Of a DNA stretch of 64,000 nucleotides, positions 27,242 to 36,271 are shown one piece after another. Within the stretch, counting starts at the first letter, position 1. Every line of letters begins with the position of its first letter. Source of the DNA: Candidatus Saccharimonadota bacterium. GTDB taxonomy: Bacteria; Patescibacteriota; Saccharimonadia; Saccharimonadales; UBA4665. The translations under genes and the position numbers were made by a program. The DNA lies in NCBI GenBank assembly GCA_027315225.1, contig DAHUYJ010000002.1, positions 23,889 through 87,888 of the forward strand, read 5' to 3'. Under the pieces are notes generated by a model. The model saw nothing but the letters and a program-made list of their open reading frames with translations. It made no database searches and was not told where the DNA came from.

Positions 27242-27834
27242 TTAACTTACTGCCCCCTGAAATCAAGAACAACTACAAATATGCCCGGCGCAATACCCGA
27301 TTACGCCTATGGGTAGTTATATGTCTGATGACCCTGGTCGGCTTGGGCGGGCTGACTACCTACGGGCTGTTAAGGTTGCACCAATCAACCACGGATTACC
27401 AGCAACAGATCAGCATGACCAAGCAACTGTTCAAAAAAGAGAGCTTTGCCGGTACCCAGAAACAGGTGCAGGATATCAGCGACAGCCTCAAGCTGGCGGT
27501 AATGGTTTTGAGCAAAGAAGTGTTATTCTCCGAGCTGATAAAACAAATCGGTGCCAGCATGCCCAATGACGCCAACCTGACAGGACTGAATATTAATCAA
27601 GTCCAAGGGGGTTTAAGCATTACTGCTGATGCCACGGACTATAAGACCGCCAGTCAGGTCGAGGTCAATTTATCGGATCCAGCCAACAAGATATTCAGCA
27701 GCGCCGACCTTGAAAGCATCACATGCCAAAGTACCGGTACTGCTAACAAAGCATACCCCTGCGTGGTCATTATCAGGGCCCTGTTTGCCCAAAATAACCC
27801 GTTCCTCTTCATCAATGGTAAAGGCCCGTCATGA
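27238..27834 (+). CDS. pilN: PilN-like bitopic pilus alignment protein
   Basis: MINLLPPE... conserved N-terminus that binds PilM, single TM. Confidence 0.7.
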   Translation: MINLLPPEIKNNYKYARRNTRLRLWVVICLMTLVGLGGLTTYGLLRLHQSTTDYQQQISMTKQLFKKESFAGTQKQVQDISDSLKLAVMVLSKEVLFSELIKQIGASMPNDANLTGLNINQVQGGLSITADATDYKTASQVEVNLSDPANKIFSSADLESITCQSTGTANKAYPCVVIIRALFAQNNPFLFINGKGPS

Positions 27835-28463
27835 CCAGTAAACGTGTGTACTTTGTGATGTCCGGTCTCATCATCCTGCTTCTTATTGGCCTACTGGCAG
27901 GGACATATGGTGCCAATAAACTGTTCACGGCGCAGGCCACTACGCTGACCAGCCTCAAAGCCAAGAGTCAGGCGCTTGCTCAAGAGCAGCGTAGTCTTAT
28001 CCGAGCCAAGAAAGACATCGAGGAATACGCCGGCTTGGCACAGATTGCCCAGACCGTGGTGCCACAAGACAAAAATCAGGCTGAAGCCGTTAGAGAAATC
28101 GTTAATCTCGCTACAAAAAACAACGTCGTGCTGGGTTCTATAACCTTCCCGACTTCAACGCTCGGCGGTGAGGGTACCGCCAGCGGTGCACCAGCTTCGG
28201 CAGGCCCCAGGATAACCGGGACGTCATCGCAACTATCCCAGCTGACGCCGGCTACGGGCATTCCTGGCGTGTATCAGTTGACTATCACCGTTACAAGTGA
28301 CACTAACAGCCCTGCCAAATACGACCAGATCATCGGCTTCTTGAGTGCTCTCGAGCATAACCGCCGAACCGCCTTAATCAATTCCGTAGTCCTGCAACCG
28401 TCTTCTCAGGATCCCAGCCTACTGGGATTTACAATAATTCTTAACGAGTACATAAAACCATGA
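27831..28463 (+). CDS. pilO: PilO-like bitopic pilus alignment protein
   Basis: TM, coiled coil and C-terminal alpha/beta domain. ATGA overlaps on both sides. Confidence 0.55.
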   Translation: MTSKRVYFVMSGLIILLLIGLLAGTYGANKLFTAQATTLTSLKAKSQALAQEQRSLIRAKKDIEEYAGLAQIAQTVVPQDKNQAEAVREIVNLATKNNVVLGSITFPTSTLGGEGTASGAPASAGPRITGTSSQLSQLTPATGIPGVYQLTITVTSDTNSPAKYDQIIGFLSALEHNRRTALINSVVLQPSSQDPSLLGFTIILNEYIKP

Positions 28464-28780
28464 GTGACAAGCAGCCCTCCATCAACCTCAAGTCCCTAGC
28501 CCCTAAACTAAGCGAGCTGGGCCATAGGCTACGACCGTACCGGTTGTTTGCTTTCTTGTTATTCATTGTACTGCTCTACGGTTTCTTGCTGCTGCGCATC
28601 GACAGCCTTATGAACGCCCAACCCTCGGAGGATGCTGTCACCAGTCAGATTCAAGCAGCAAAACTACCCCATGTCGACCAGTCGGTCATAGAGCGGCTGA
28701 GATCTCTCCGTAATAATAGCGTGAACGTACAGAGTCTCTTCAACAAAGCCCGAAGCAACCCTTTTCAGAGTAAGCCATAA
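28460..28780 (+). CDS. Hypothetical bitopic protein, last gene of the pil cluster
   Basis: ATGA-coupled to pilO. Single TM LFAFLLFIVLLYGFLLL. No recognisable family. Confidence 0.45.
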   Translation: MSDKQPSINLKSLAPKLSELGHRLRPYRLFAFLLFIVLLYGFLLLRIDSLMNAQPSEDAVTSQIQAAKLPHVDQSVIERLRSLRNNSVNVQSLFNKARSNPFQSKP

Positions 28781-28816
28781 GGCCAGCAAGCTGTCGGCCT
28801 CGGGGCAGGCATCCAG

Positions 28817-29860
28817 CTACAGCAGCGATGATTGGCCCGTTCTCGTTGTTTCGGAGCGAGGCGGGTTTTTACCCATGTGACGGTAGGCCTTGGATGTGGC
28901 TTTACGCCCGCGGGGCGTTCGTTCCAACAGGCCGACCTGCATGAGGTAAGGCTCGTAAAAATCCTCTATGGTGCCGCGCTCTTCAGCCGTGATAGCAGCC
29001 AGCGTTTCGACGCCTACCGGTCCGCCGCTATAGTTTTCGATAATGGCGGCCAGCAGGGACCGGTCAGCGGCGTCGAGACCAAGCTCATCAATATCCAACA
29101 GCTTCAATGCCCGATGGCTTAACGCCGTATCGATTATGCCGTCGCCATTAACGTCGGCGTAGTCGCGCACCCGTTTCAGCAGCCGGTTGGCAACCCGAGG
29201 CGTCAGGCGTGCCCGCCGAGCCAGTTCGGCGGCAGCCAGCTTGTCGATCTTAACGTTGAGAATCTTGGCAGCGCGTTGGATGATCTGTTGGATCTCCTCT
29301 GGCGAGTAGAAATCAAGCCTGTGGATAATGCCGAACCGGTCACGCAGCGGTGCCGCCAGGCTTCCGGTCTTGGTAGTCGCACCGATGATCGTGAACTTGG
29401 GCAGGTCCAGCCGTAGGCTGCGCGCCGACGGGCCTTTGCCGAGCATAATGTCGAGCTTGAAGTCCTCCATGGCGCTGTACAGAACCTCCTCAACCGACCG
29501 GTTCAAGCGGTGGATTTCATCTATGAACAGGATGTCGCCGTCCTGCAGGTTGGTCAGCAGGCTGGCAAGATCGCCAGCACGTTCCACGGCCGGGCCGCTG
29601 GTTATTCGAATCTGCGCGTTCATTTCATTCGCGATGACGCTAGCCATGGTCGTCTTGCCAAGTCCGGGCGGCCCGTGTAGCAACACGTGGTCCAACGGTT
29701 CGCCGCGTTTCTTGGCGGCGTCAATGGCCAGCTTGATGTTCTTCTTCAACCGTTCCTGTCCGATATAGCTCGAAAAGTCCCGCGGTCGCAGCGTCACTTC
29801 AAGCTCTATATCCCGTGACTCTTCGTTTTCTGCCGACGGGTTTACAATCCGATCAATCAT
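28817..29860 (-). CDS. ruvB: Holliday junction helicase RuvB
   Basis: LRPRDF..YIGQ, Walker [16 protein letters not shown], full-length AAA+ plus winged helix. Confidence 0.97.
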   Translation of the reverse strand: MIDRIVNPSAENEESRDIELEVTLRPRDFSSYIGQERLKKNIKLAIDAAKKRGEPLDHVLLHGPPGLGKTTMASVIANEMNAQIRITSGPAVERAGDLASLLTNLQDGDILFIDEIHRLNRSVEEVLYSAMEDFKLDIMLGKGPSARSLRLDLPKFTIIGATTKTGSLAAPLRDRFGIIHRLDFYSPEEIQQIIQRAAKILNVKIDKLAAAELARRARLTPRVANRLLKRVRDYADVNGDGIIDTALSHRALKLLDIDELGLDAADRSLLAAIIENYSGGPVGVETLAAITAEERGTIEDFYEPYLMQVGLLERTPRGRKATSKAYRHMGKNPPRSETTRTGQSSLL

Positions 29861-29885
29861 ATGACTAGTATAACCTAAGCAGGCT

Positions 29886-30704
29886 TTACGGGACGTGAAC
29901 CGGGCTCCAGGCCGTCCTTAGGTCCTGGTCCTGTCCGGCAATAGCTTCCATGTCTTTGTCATCCAGCTGAAAGTCAAAAATATCGATATTCTCTTTGATG
30001 CGGGACGGTGTGACGGACTTGGGCAATACGATCAGGTCGCGCTCTATGCACCAGCGCAACATGACTTGCGCGTAGGTCCTACCGTGCTTCTTGGCAATGC
30101 CGGCTATCACCTCATTGTCCATGGCCCTGGCATGGGCAATCGGCGAGTATGCCTCCACGACGATGTTACGCTTCTGGCAGTACTTAATTAGTTCAGGCTG
30201 TTGCAGGAAGACGTGCAGCTCAATTTGGTTGACGGCCGGTGTCACTTTGGCATAGTCCTTCATTTCTTCCAAGTGGCGGATGGTGTAGTTGCTAACGCCG
30301 ATTGATTTGGCGCCGCCGTCCTTTTGAATTTCTTCCAGAGCCTGCCAGGACTTTTTGCGCAGCAGCGGCACCGGAAAGTGCAGCAACAGCAAATCAACGT
30401 AGTCAGTTTGCAGTTTCTTCAGCGATTCTTCGAACGTGCTGTGGGCCTTGCTATACCCGAAGTGTTGGACGGCGATTTTGGTAGTAAGAAATAGCTCCTC
30501 GCGCTTAAGTCCGGAGTTCTTCCAGGCCTCTCCCAGAAGGTGTTCGTTACCGTACGCCTGGGCGCTGTCGAAGTGCCGGTACCCTGCCTGTATGGCGGCA
30601 CCAAAAGCTGTCCTGAACTCGTCCGCCTCTTTAACTTTCCATAAGCCCAACCCCACTTGCGGAATCTTATGGCCACCGCTCATCTTGATGTCAGGTATGC
30701 TCAC
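29886..30704 (-). CDS. Aldo/keto reductase
   Basis: [20 protein letters not shown] and SNY..RHLEE motifs of AKR family enzymes. Confidence 0.88.
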   Translation of the reverse strand: MSIPDIKMSGGHKIPQVGLGLWKVKEADEFRTAFGAAIQAGYRHFDSAQAYGNEHLLGEAWKNSGLKREELFLTTKIAVQHFGYSKAHSTFEESLKKLQTDYVDLLLLHFPVPLLRKKSWQALEEIQKDGGAKSIGVSNYTIRHLEEMKDYAKVTPAVNQIELHVFLQQPELIKYCQKRNIVVEAYSPIAHARAMDNEVIAGIAKKHGRTYAQVMLRWCIERDLIVLPKSVTPSRIKENIDIFDFQLDDKDMEAIAGQDQDLRTAWSPVHVP

Positions 30705-31288
30705 TTTTTACCTCCGATCAACGCTTGCTTGACGCGGTCTTCGGTCGGCAACTCGGGGTCGACTTCTTGCAACGCCGCGGCGGCGTCACTTGAGGAGTAA
30801 CCGAGTGCCACCAGCGCTTGGACGGCTTCGTCCCCGAGCAGCTTGGCTTCGCTCCGCAGCAGTCCCGCGGATTCCAGGTCAGCTCCGTTTAACCCGACTT
30901 TGTCCTTCAGCTCGACCACCAGGCGTTCCGCCAGTCGACGGCCAACACCGTTAGCCTGCTGGATGAATTTTATATTGCCTTCAGCAAGGGCAGACCGCAC
31001 GTCAGCAAGTGAACCAATACTTAACACGTTAAGGGCCATCTTAGGGCCGACGCCGCTGACCGCGAGCAGTTGCTCGAAGAGATCCTTGGTGTCGCGTGTC
31101 AGAAAGCCGAAGAGATCGTGCGCCTGTTCTCGGACATAGTCGTATACGTAGACTTTGGATTTTTCGCCGGCCTTAAGGAGACCATGGTCTTCGGCAGTCA
31201 CGAAAATTCCGTAACCAACACCTTTAATATCAAGAATAACTTGGTCGGCCAGCTTTTCGCTTACCACACCTTCCAAAGTCGCGATCAT
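30701..31288 (-). CDS. ruvA: Holliday junction DNA-binding protein RuvA
   Basis: MIATLEG start, tandem HhH (VSGVGPKMAL, ANGVGRRLAERL), C-terminal domain III. Confidence 0.9.
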   Translation of the reverse strand: MIATLEGVVSEKLADQVILDIKGVGYGIFVTAEDHGLLKAGEKSKVYVYDYVREQAHDLFGFLTRDTKDLFEQLLAVSGVGPKMALNVLSIGSLADVRSALAEGNIKFIQQANGVGRRLAERLVVELKDKVGLNGADLESAGLLRSEAKLLGDEAVQALVALGYSSSDAAAALQEVDPELPTEDRVKQALIGGKK

Positions 31289-31295
31289 AGGCCTA

Positions 31296-31766
31296 TTATC
31301 GCACAGTCATGCTATGGGTAATAGCTGCCGCCAGGGCATCGGCACAGTCATCAGGCGTCGGCGCCTTGTCAAGACCCAGAATGACCCGTACCATTTCCTG
31401 GATTTGTTTTTTTTCTGCTCGGCCATATCCGGTCAGCGCCTGTTTGATTTGCAGCGGTGTGTACTCGGCGATACTTAGTCCGGCCTGCTGGCCGGCCAAC
31501 AGCACCACACCACGAGCCTGCGATACGGTCATGGCAGTGGTTACGTTTTGGGCAAAGAACAGCTTTTCGACCGCCATGTCCGTCGGCTTGGACTGGACGA
31601 TGATATCTGTCATTTCTTCGAAGATGGTTTGCAGCCGGATGGCGGCGTCCTGCTTTGGCGGCGTCCGGATCACGCCTGCATCAACCAGCTGTGCTTTGTT
31701 ATTACTGGCTTCAATAACACCAAATCCGAGAATACCGGTACCGGGATCAATGCCAAGAATCCTCAC
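31296..31766 (-). CDS. ruvC: Holliday junction resolvase RuvC
   Basis: RILGIDPGTG... motif. Start placed at a GTG in a GTGA overlap with the upstream stop, with AAGGA 8 nt upstream, giving a typical 156 aa. The longer ATG at 31829 lies inside the upstream gene. Confidence 0.85.
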   Translation of the reverse strand: MRILGIDPGTGILGFGVIEASNNKAQLVDAGVIRTPPKQDAAIRLQTIFEEMTDIIVQSKPTDMAVEKLFFAQNVTTAMTVSQARGVVLLAGQQAGLSIAEYTPLQIKQALTGYGRAEKKQIQEMVRVILGLDKAPTPDDCADALAAAITHSMTVR

Positions 31767-32566
31767 TTGGATGTCCTTACTATCTCCATCAATTCTTCGA
31801 AGATTGCCTGGTTGGCCGCTAGTACGCAACCAAGCAGCCCATCATGGTCATAATGGCGTTTCTTGCCTTCCAGATCGGTTACTACACCACCGGCCTCTTC
31901 GATTAAGAGCGCGCTAGCAGCCACATCCCAGGAGCGAGGATTGCCGATGATGCCGCCTATGAATTGTCCGGTAGCTATCCGGTTCCCCAAATAAACACCG
32001 GATGGAATGCTCAAGATTTTAGCCCCTTTGTCTCGCAGCTGTACAGCGGCTAGGGACGGCTTATATGTTACACCCTGCCCATTCGCATCCTGCAAACCAA
32101 CAAACACGTATCCCCGGCCAAGGCCAGCAGCCCGTGATGCCGCGATTGGTTTGTCATTCAGAAAAGCGCCGCCACCTTTGGTAGCTATAAACAACTCATC
32201 AAGCCACGGGTCATAAGTGACAGCTACCACAGGCTGGCCATCCTTGCGGTTAACCAGTGCTATAGAGAACGTGCTCATCGGTATACCCAGAGAGAATGGT
32301 ACGGTTCCGTCAATCGGATCGACCACCCATATAATTTCCCGTTCCGGTTTGAAGCTTTCTTCTTCACCCAAAACACCGTGACCTGGGAACGCTGCTTTCA
32401 CTTGTTCAATGACTAACCGGTTAATAGTTGTATCGGCTATGGTAAGCGGCGTGTTGTCCTCTTTCCATTCGGTAGCGATGTCTTCGGCCCGGAAGTAACG
32501 CAGCATCAGGCCCCCAGCCTCAAGCGCCAGAGCCTTGGCAAAGGCAAGCTCTTTGTCGTAGGTCAT
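31763..32566 (-). CDS. Inositol monophosphatase-family phosphatase
   Basis: GEE...WVVDPIDGT motif and the downstream GG..D pattern of the IMPase/SuhB family. Confidence 0.82.
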   Translation of the reverse strand: MTYDKELAFAKALALEAGGLMLRYFRAEDIATEWKEDNTPLTIADTTINRLVIEQVKAAFPGHGVLGEEESFKPEREIIWVVDPIDGTVPFSLGIPMSTFSIALVNRKDGQPVVAVTYDPWLDELFIATKGGGAFLNDKPIAASRAAGLGRGYVFVGLQDANGQGVTYKPSLAAVQLRDKGAKILSIPSGVYLGNRIATGQFIGGIIGNPRSWDVAASALLIEEAGGVVTDLEGKKRHYDHDGLLGCVLAANQAIFEELMEIVRTSK

Positions 32567-33294
32567 AAGCTCTCCGCTAGTTCCTCAGGAATGTCAAAAT
32601 TGACGTGTGTATTTGCGACGTCGTCGAGGTCTTCGAGCGCGTCCATCATGCGCATAACCTTGCTGGCGGTGGTGGCGTCGGTAATCTCGATAGTATTGTT
32701 CGGTACATAAGTCAGCTCGGCTTCGGTAACGAATAACTCGGCTTTATCCAGGGACTCGCGGACCTGGGCCAGCTCTTTGGGGTCAGTGTATACCACCGAC
32801 TCGCCGTCTTCCTCTTGTACGTCCTCGGCACCGGCTTCCAGAGCCTGCATCAGGACGTCGTCGCCGGTGCCCCGCAACCGGATTATTCCCCGGCGGTCGA
32901 ACTGGAATGCCACTGCGCCTTTCTCGGCGATATTGCCGCCGTGTTTAGAAAATGCGGTCTTAACGTCAGGATAGGTGCGGTTGATATTGTCGGTGGCGCA
33001 TTCTACCAAAATGGCCACGCCGCCCGGGCCGTAGCCCTCGTAAAGTACTTCCTGCAATTGCGCGGCGTTCTTGTCTTTGATGCGATCAATGGAACGCTGA
33101 ATGTTGTTTGCCGGCATGTTTGCGGCCTTGGCTTTATCAATCGCCATGCGCAAGGCAAAGTTCGTCTCGGGATCAGTGCCGCCGCGGGCCGCGATAGCGA
33201 TGGCGTTGCCCAATTTGGTAAACAAAGCGCCGCGAGCCGCGTCCTTGGCGCCCTTTTGCCGTTTGATCGTAGACCACTTGCTGTGGCCGCTCAC
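32563..33294 (-). CDS. yebC: YebC/PmpR-family transcriptional regulator
   Basis: MSGHSKWSTIKRQKG...KLGNAI signature; 243 aa. Confidence 0.95.
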   Translation of the reverse strand: MSGHSKWSTIKRQKGAKDAARGALFTKLGNAIAIAARGGTDPETNFALRMAIDKAKAANMPANNIQRSIDRIKDKNAAQLQEVLYEGYGPGGVAILVECATDNINRTYPDVKTAFSKHGGNIAEKGAVAFQFDRRGIIRLRGTGDDVLMQALEAGAEDVQEEDGESVVYTDPKELAQVRESLDKAELFVTEAELTYVPNNTIEITDATTASKVMRMMDALEDLDDVANTHVNFDIPEELAESL

Positions 33295-34775
33295 GCTGTC
33301 AAGCCTCCTGCTTTTGGTTCATTCATATCTGTTATTGTAGCAGGTTTCGGGGGTCTTGTCTTGCGCCACAGCACAAAAGTCAGGCCGAGCACGGCGGCAT
33401 AAAGTCCAAGCATAATCCATAGCGGCAGTCCGTAGTTTTGTATGAAAATACGCGGAACCCGGGCCATAAGATGGGCGGCGTCCAGCATGTAGTTGAGCAG
33501 TCCTGTCGCCGGCCAGGACAACCAGCCGGCGATCGGCGCGGCAAACATGCCTGCCAGGCCCGCCACCGTCACGAGCAGCATGGCAAGCGGCACCAACGTC
33601 GTTACCAGCACGTTGGCCGGCAGGCCGATGAACGACATCTGGCCGAATATATACAGGATGAACGGTTCGCTCATAGCCTCCGCGCACACGCTTTCCAGCG
33701 CCACGCCGCCGATAATCGTCTGGTGCCAGTGCCCGGGCCAGCGGGTTTGAACCAAAGGCGATAGCACCATGACGCCAAAGAACGCCAGAAAGCTCAAGTA
33801 CCAGCTCACGTCGCTCCAAAGGTAAAACGGATTAGCCCAAACGGTGGTGGCTGCCGCCAACGCCAGCAGATTCAGCGGCCGAAAGTTGCGGCCATAGTAT
33901 CCGGCAAAGATACTTAACATGCTAACTATTGCCGCCCGCACGATAGACGCGCTCGTTCCGGCCAGCAGCAGGAACACACCGATCAGGCCTAGCGACAACA
34001 TGGTCGACAGCCGTTTGGATTGTCCCGCCAGAAGCCGTCGGCTGGCCCGCAAAATAATTGTCAGGTTGTAGCCTGAAACAGCGATAATATGCGTCAACCC
34101 CACCATTAACAGGTCCTGCTTGACACTATCCGGCAACGTAGCCCGCTGGCCGATTAGCAGGCCCATGGCGAACGGCGCCAGCGGCTCCGGCAGAGCCGTC
34201 TGCATGCCGGCCGTAAAGCGCCGCCTTATGCTGTTAACCATTGAAGGGTTATGGGCAACCACTTGCAGCTTAGCGAAGCTCATCTGCCCCTGGTAAGCTC
34301 CGTATCCTGGGTATAACGAGCCGTCCGTCACTACTTCGTCACCTTGGAGAACGCTGTTCGCGCCGAAACCGCTGAGTTCAATCTTGCCCGTCAACGGCAT
34401 ATCGTTCACGCGAACATTGTCGGCTATGAACGTGAGTTGTGACTTCCTGCCGTACACCGCGTCCTCTGTAGCCCGCGCGCGGATGGTGACCTTTTGGTGA
34501 ATGAATGACTGGTAAGTTGCCAGCTTCTGCATGTACACCGAACCCCGCCACCACCCCAGGTTAAGGCCGAATGCCGCGGCCAGCAACACGATCATAATCG
34601 TCTGGCGACGCCAACCAAGCGCTAAAGGCAACCCCAGGCCAGCGCACCATATGACGCCCAGCGATCCGATACGGGCCAGCCCTACTCCGGCCAGAAATGA
34701 CAGGCACAGCACGAGTATCAATGTCGTGCGCCGGAACCGGTACCGGCTCAAACTCCTCAGTCGTTGTCTCACCAA
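33291..34775 (-). CDS. comEC: ComEC/Rec2-family DNA uptake channel (no metallo-beta-lactamase domain)
   Basis: Polytopic competence domain with the LTHIIAVSGYNLTI motif. N-terminal OB/DUF4131-like region. Start uncertain (TTG 34775 or GTG 34772). Confidence 0.78.
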   Translation of the reverse strand: MVRQRLRSLSRYRFRRTTLILVLCLSFLAGVGLARIGSLGVIWCAGLGLPLALGWRRQTIMIVLLAAAFGLNLGWWRGSVYMQKLATYQSFIHQKVTIRARATEDAVYGRKSQLTFIADNVRVNDMPLTGKIELSGFGANSVLQGDEVVTDGSLYPGYGAYQGQMSFAKLQVVAHNPSMVNSIRRRFTAGMQTALPEPLAPFAMGLLIGQRATLPDSVKQDLLMVGLTHIIAVSGYNLTIILRASRRLLAGQSKRLSTMLSLGLIGVFLLLAGTSASIVRAAIVSMLSIFAGYYGRNFRPLNLLALAAATTVWANPFYLWSDVSWYLSFLAFFGVMVLSPLVQTRWPGHWHQTIIGGVALESVCAEAMSEPFILYIFGQMSFIGLPANVLVTTLVPLAMLLVTVAGLAGMFAAPIAGWLSWPATGLLNYMLDAAHLMARVPRIFIQNYGLPLWIMLGLYAAVLGLTFVLWRKTRPPKPATITDMNEPKAGGLTA

Positions 34776-34934
34776 GGCAATCTTAACAGGCTTGCTTGCC
34801 TTTGACAGCCGGATTTAACAGAGAGTTAATGAACTCTTGTGTTTTAGTATCCAGGCTCACTTACGTCAATTGACTTTCGGGTCAAAATGCCGATAATATA
34901 AGGAGTTATTTCAGCTTTAGCTGACCGCCAATGC

Positions 34935-35011
34935 GGGCCCGTAGCTCAGCCGGTTAGAGCACCTGCCTTTTAAGCAGGGTGTCGAGGGTTCGAGTCCCTC
35001 CGGGCCCTCCA
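34935..35011 (+). tRNA. tRNA-Lys (anticodon TTT), CCA encoded
   Basis: GGGCCCG/CGGGCCC acceptor. Anticodon stem CCTGC/GCAGG with loop CTTTTAA. Upstream promoter TTGACT-18-TAATAT. Confidence 0.9.
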
Positions 35012-35086
35012 ATTTGGTAATATACAACTACAGTAACTTCATCACGCTTGACGTACTATATTACCCAGAGTACAGCTAAAAGTACT

Positions 35087-35317
35087 ATGAGTGTTGCATC
35101 CATCTCAAAATTTCGCAAAGATGCCAAGTCTTATTTCGACCGTGTTATTGATGATAAAGATGTACTATTGATTACTCGTAGTGATGGATGGGCAGTTGTT
35201 GTTATGGCTTTAGGTCAAATAAGCTCATTAAGCGTCTTCGGACGCTTTTGTGGTATCGGGGTTCTGAGCCCCTTGCGAAACATAATCCGCATAACCTCAA
35301 AGTTAGTTAGTAAGTAA
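35087..35317 (+). CDS. Phd/YefM-family antitoxin-like protein, orphan (no toxin gene adjacent); integrity uncertain
   Basis: The first 45 aa (MSVASISKFRKDAKSYFDRVIDDKDVLLITRSDGWAVVVMAL) align well with the E. coli YefM N-terminus. A terminator-like UUCG hairpin (35230-35247) lies inside the C-terminal half. Confidence 0.45.
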   Translation: MSVASISKFRKDAKSYFDRVIDDKDVLLITRSDGWAVVVMALGQISSLSVFGRFCGIGVLSPLRNIIRITSKLVSK

Positions 35318-35344
35318 AGCTTAAGGGCTATATAATGTGTGCGT

Positions 35345-36271
35345 ATGGTTCACGATACTCCGTCAGTTGTTGATGTCGAATCATTTGGCATGAACTTCGG
35401 CTCCAAAGAGGTCATCAAAGACTTAATTTTTACGGTTAACAAGGGTGAGGTCTTTGGCTTTCTAGGCGCAAACGGTGCAGGCAAAACTACCACCATCCGC
35501 ACTTTATTAGGTTTATATGAACCGACCCGTGGCAAGCTGCTCATCAACGGACAGCGATACAGCTCCGACATGTCACGTGTTGTTGGCTATCTGCCCGAGG
35601 AGCGCGGACTTTACCGCAACGAACCCGTGATAGAGACTATGGTTTACTTTGCCGTGCTGCACGGTCTTGATAAGAACCAGGCGAGGAGCCGGGCCCTATC
35701 CTACTTACGGCGCGTAGGGTTAACTGGCAAGGCTAATGAACGCCTGGTGAACCTATCTGGCGGACAGCAGCAGAAGATACAGCTTGGCGTAACTATCCTC
35801 CATGAACCTGAGTTAATGGTACTGGACGAGCCTACCGAGGCCCTCGACCCCGTAAATAGGTCACTGCTCATGGACATCATAAGCGAAAGGCGATCAAAGG
35901 GCGCTACGGTTATGCTGGTTACCCACCGCATGGAGGAGGTAGAGCAATTGTGCGACCGCATTTTACTTTTGAAAGACGGCAAGGCGGCTTTATATGGGAC
36001 GGTTGGTGAAGTCAAGGACAGTTTTGGTTCTCGAGTTATAGCTCTTGATTACACAGGCAGGCTTCCGGGTAACGATAAACTGTATAAGATAACCAAGCAG
36101 TTGCCTCACTATGCCGAACTGCACTGGCGCGAAGGCATATCCACCGACGAAGTATTCGGCTTTTTGGCAACCGATAAAGCTGTACATATAACCTCCTTCG
36201 AAGTCAGGAGGCCTACCCTAAACGATATTTTCCTCGAGCTCTATAAAGACCAGGGGGCTGGCGATGGCTAA
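35345..36271 (+). CDS. ABC transporter ATP-binding protein (ABC-2/NatA-like)
   Basis: Walker A GANGAGKTT, signature LSGGQQQK, Walker B LMVLDEP. ATG lies 8 nt after TATAAT (35331-35336). Confidence 0.9.
   Translation: MVHDTPSVVDVESFGMNFGSKEVIKDLIFTVNKGEVFGFLGANGAGKTTTIRTLLGLYEPTRGKLLINGQRYSSDMSRVVGYLPEERGLYRNEPVIETMVYFAVLHGLDKNQARSRALSYLRRVGLTGKANERLVNLSGGQQQKIQLGVTILHEPELMVLDEPTEALDPVNRSLLMDIISERRSKGATVMLVTHRMEEVEQLCDRILLLKDGKAALYGTVGEVKDSFGSRVIALDYTGRLPGNDKLYKITKQLPHYAELHWREGISTDEVFGFLATDKAVHITSFEVRRPTLNDIFLELYKDQGAGDG

Noticed and set aside
33319-33819. 166-aa alternative-frame ORF inside comEC
   Set aside because: It is on the same strand but out of frame within a polytopic ComEC domain. 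The translation is R/G-rich with no start signals.
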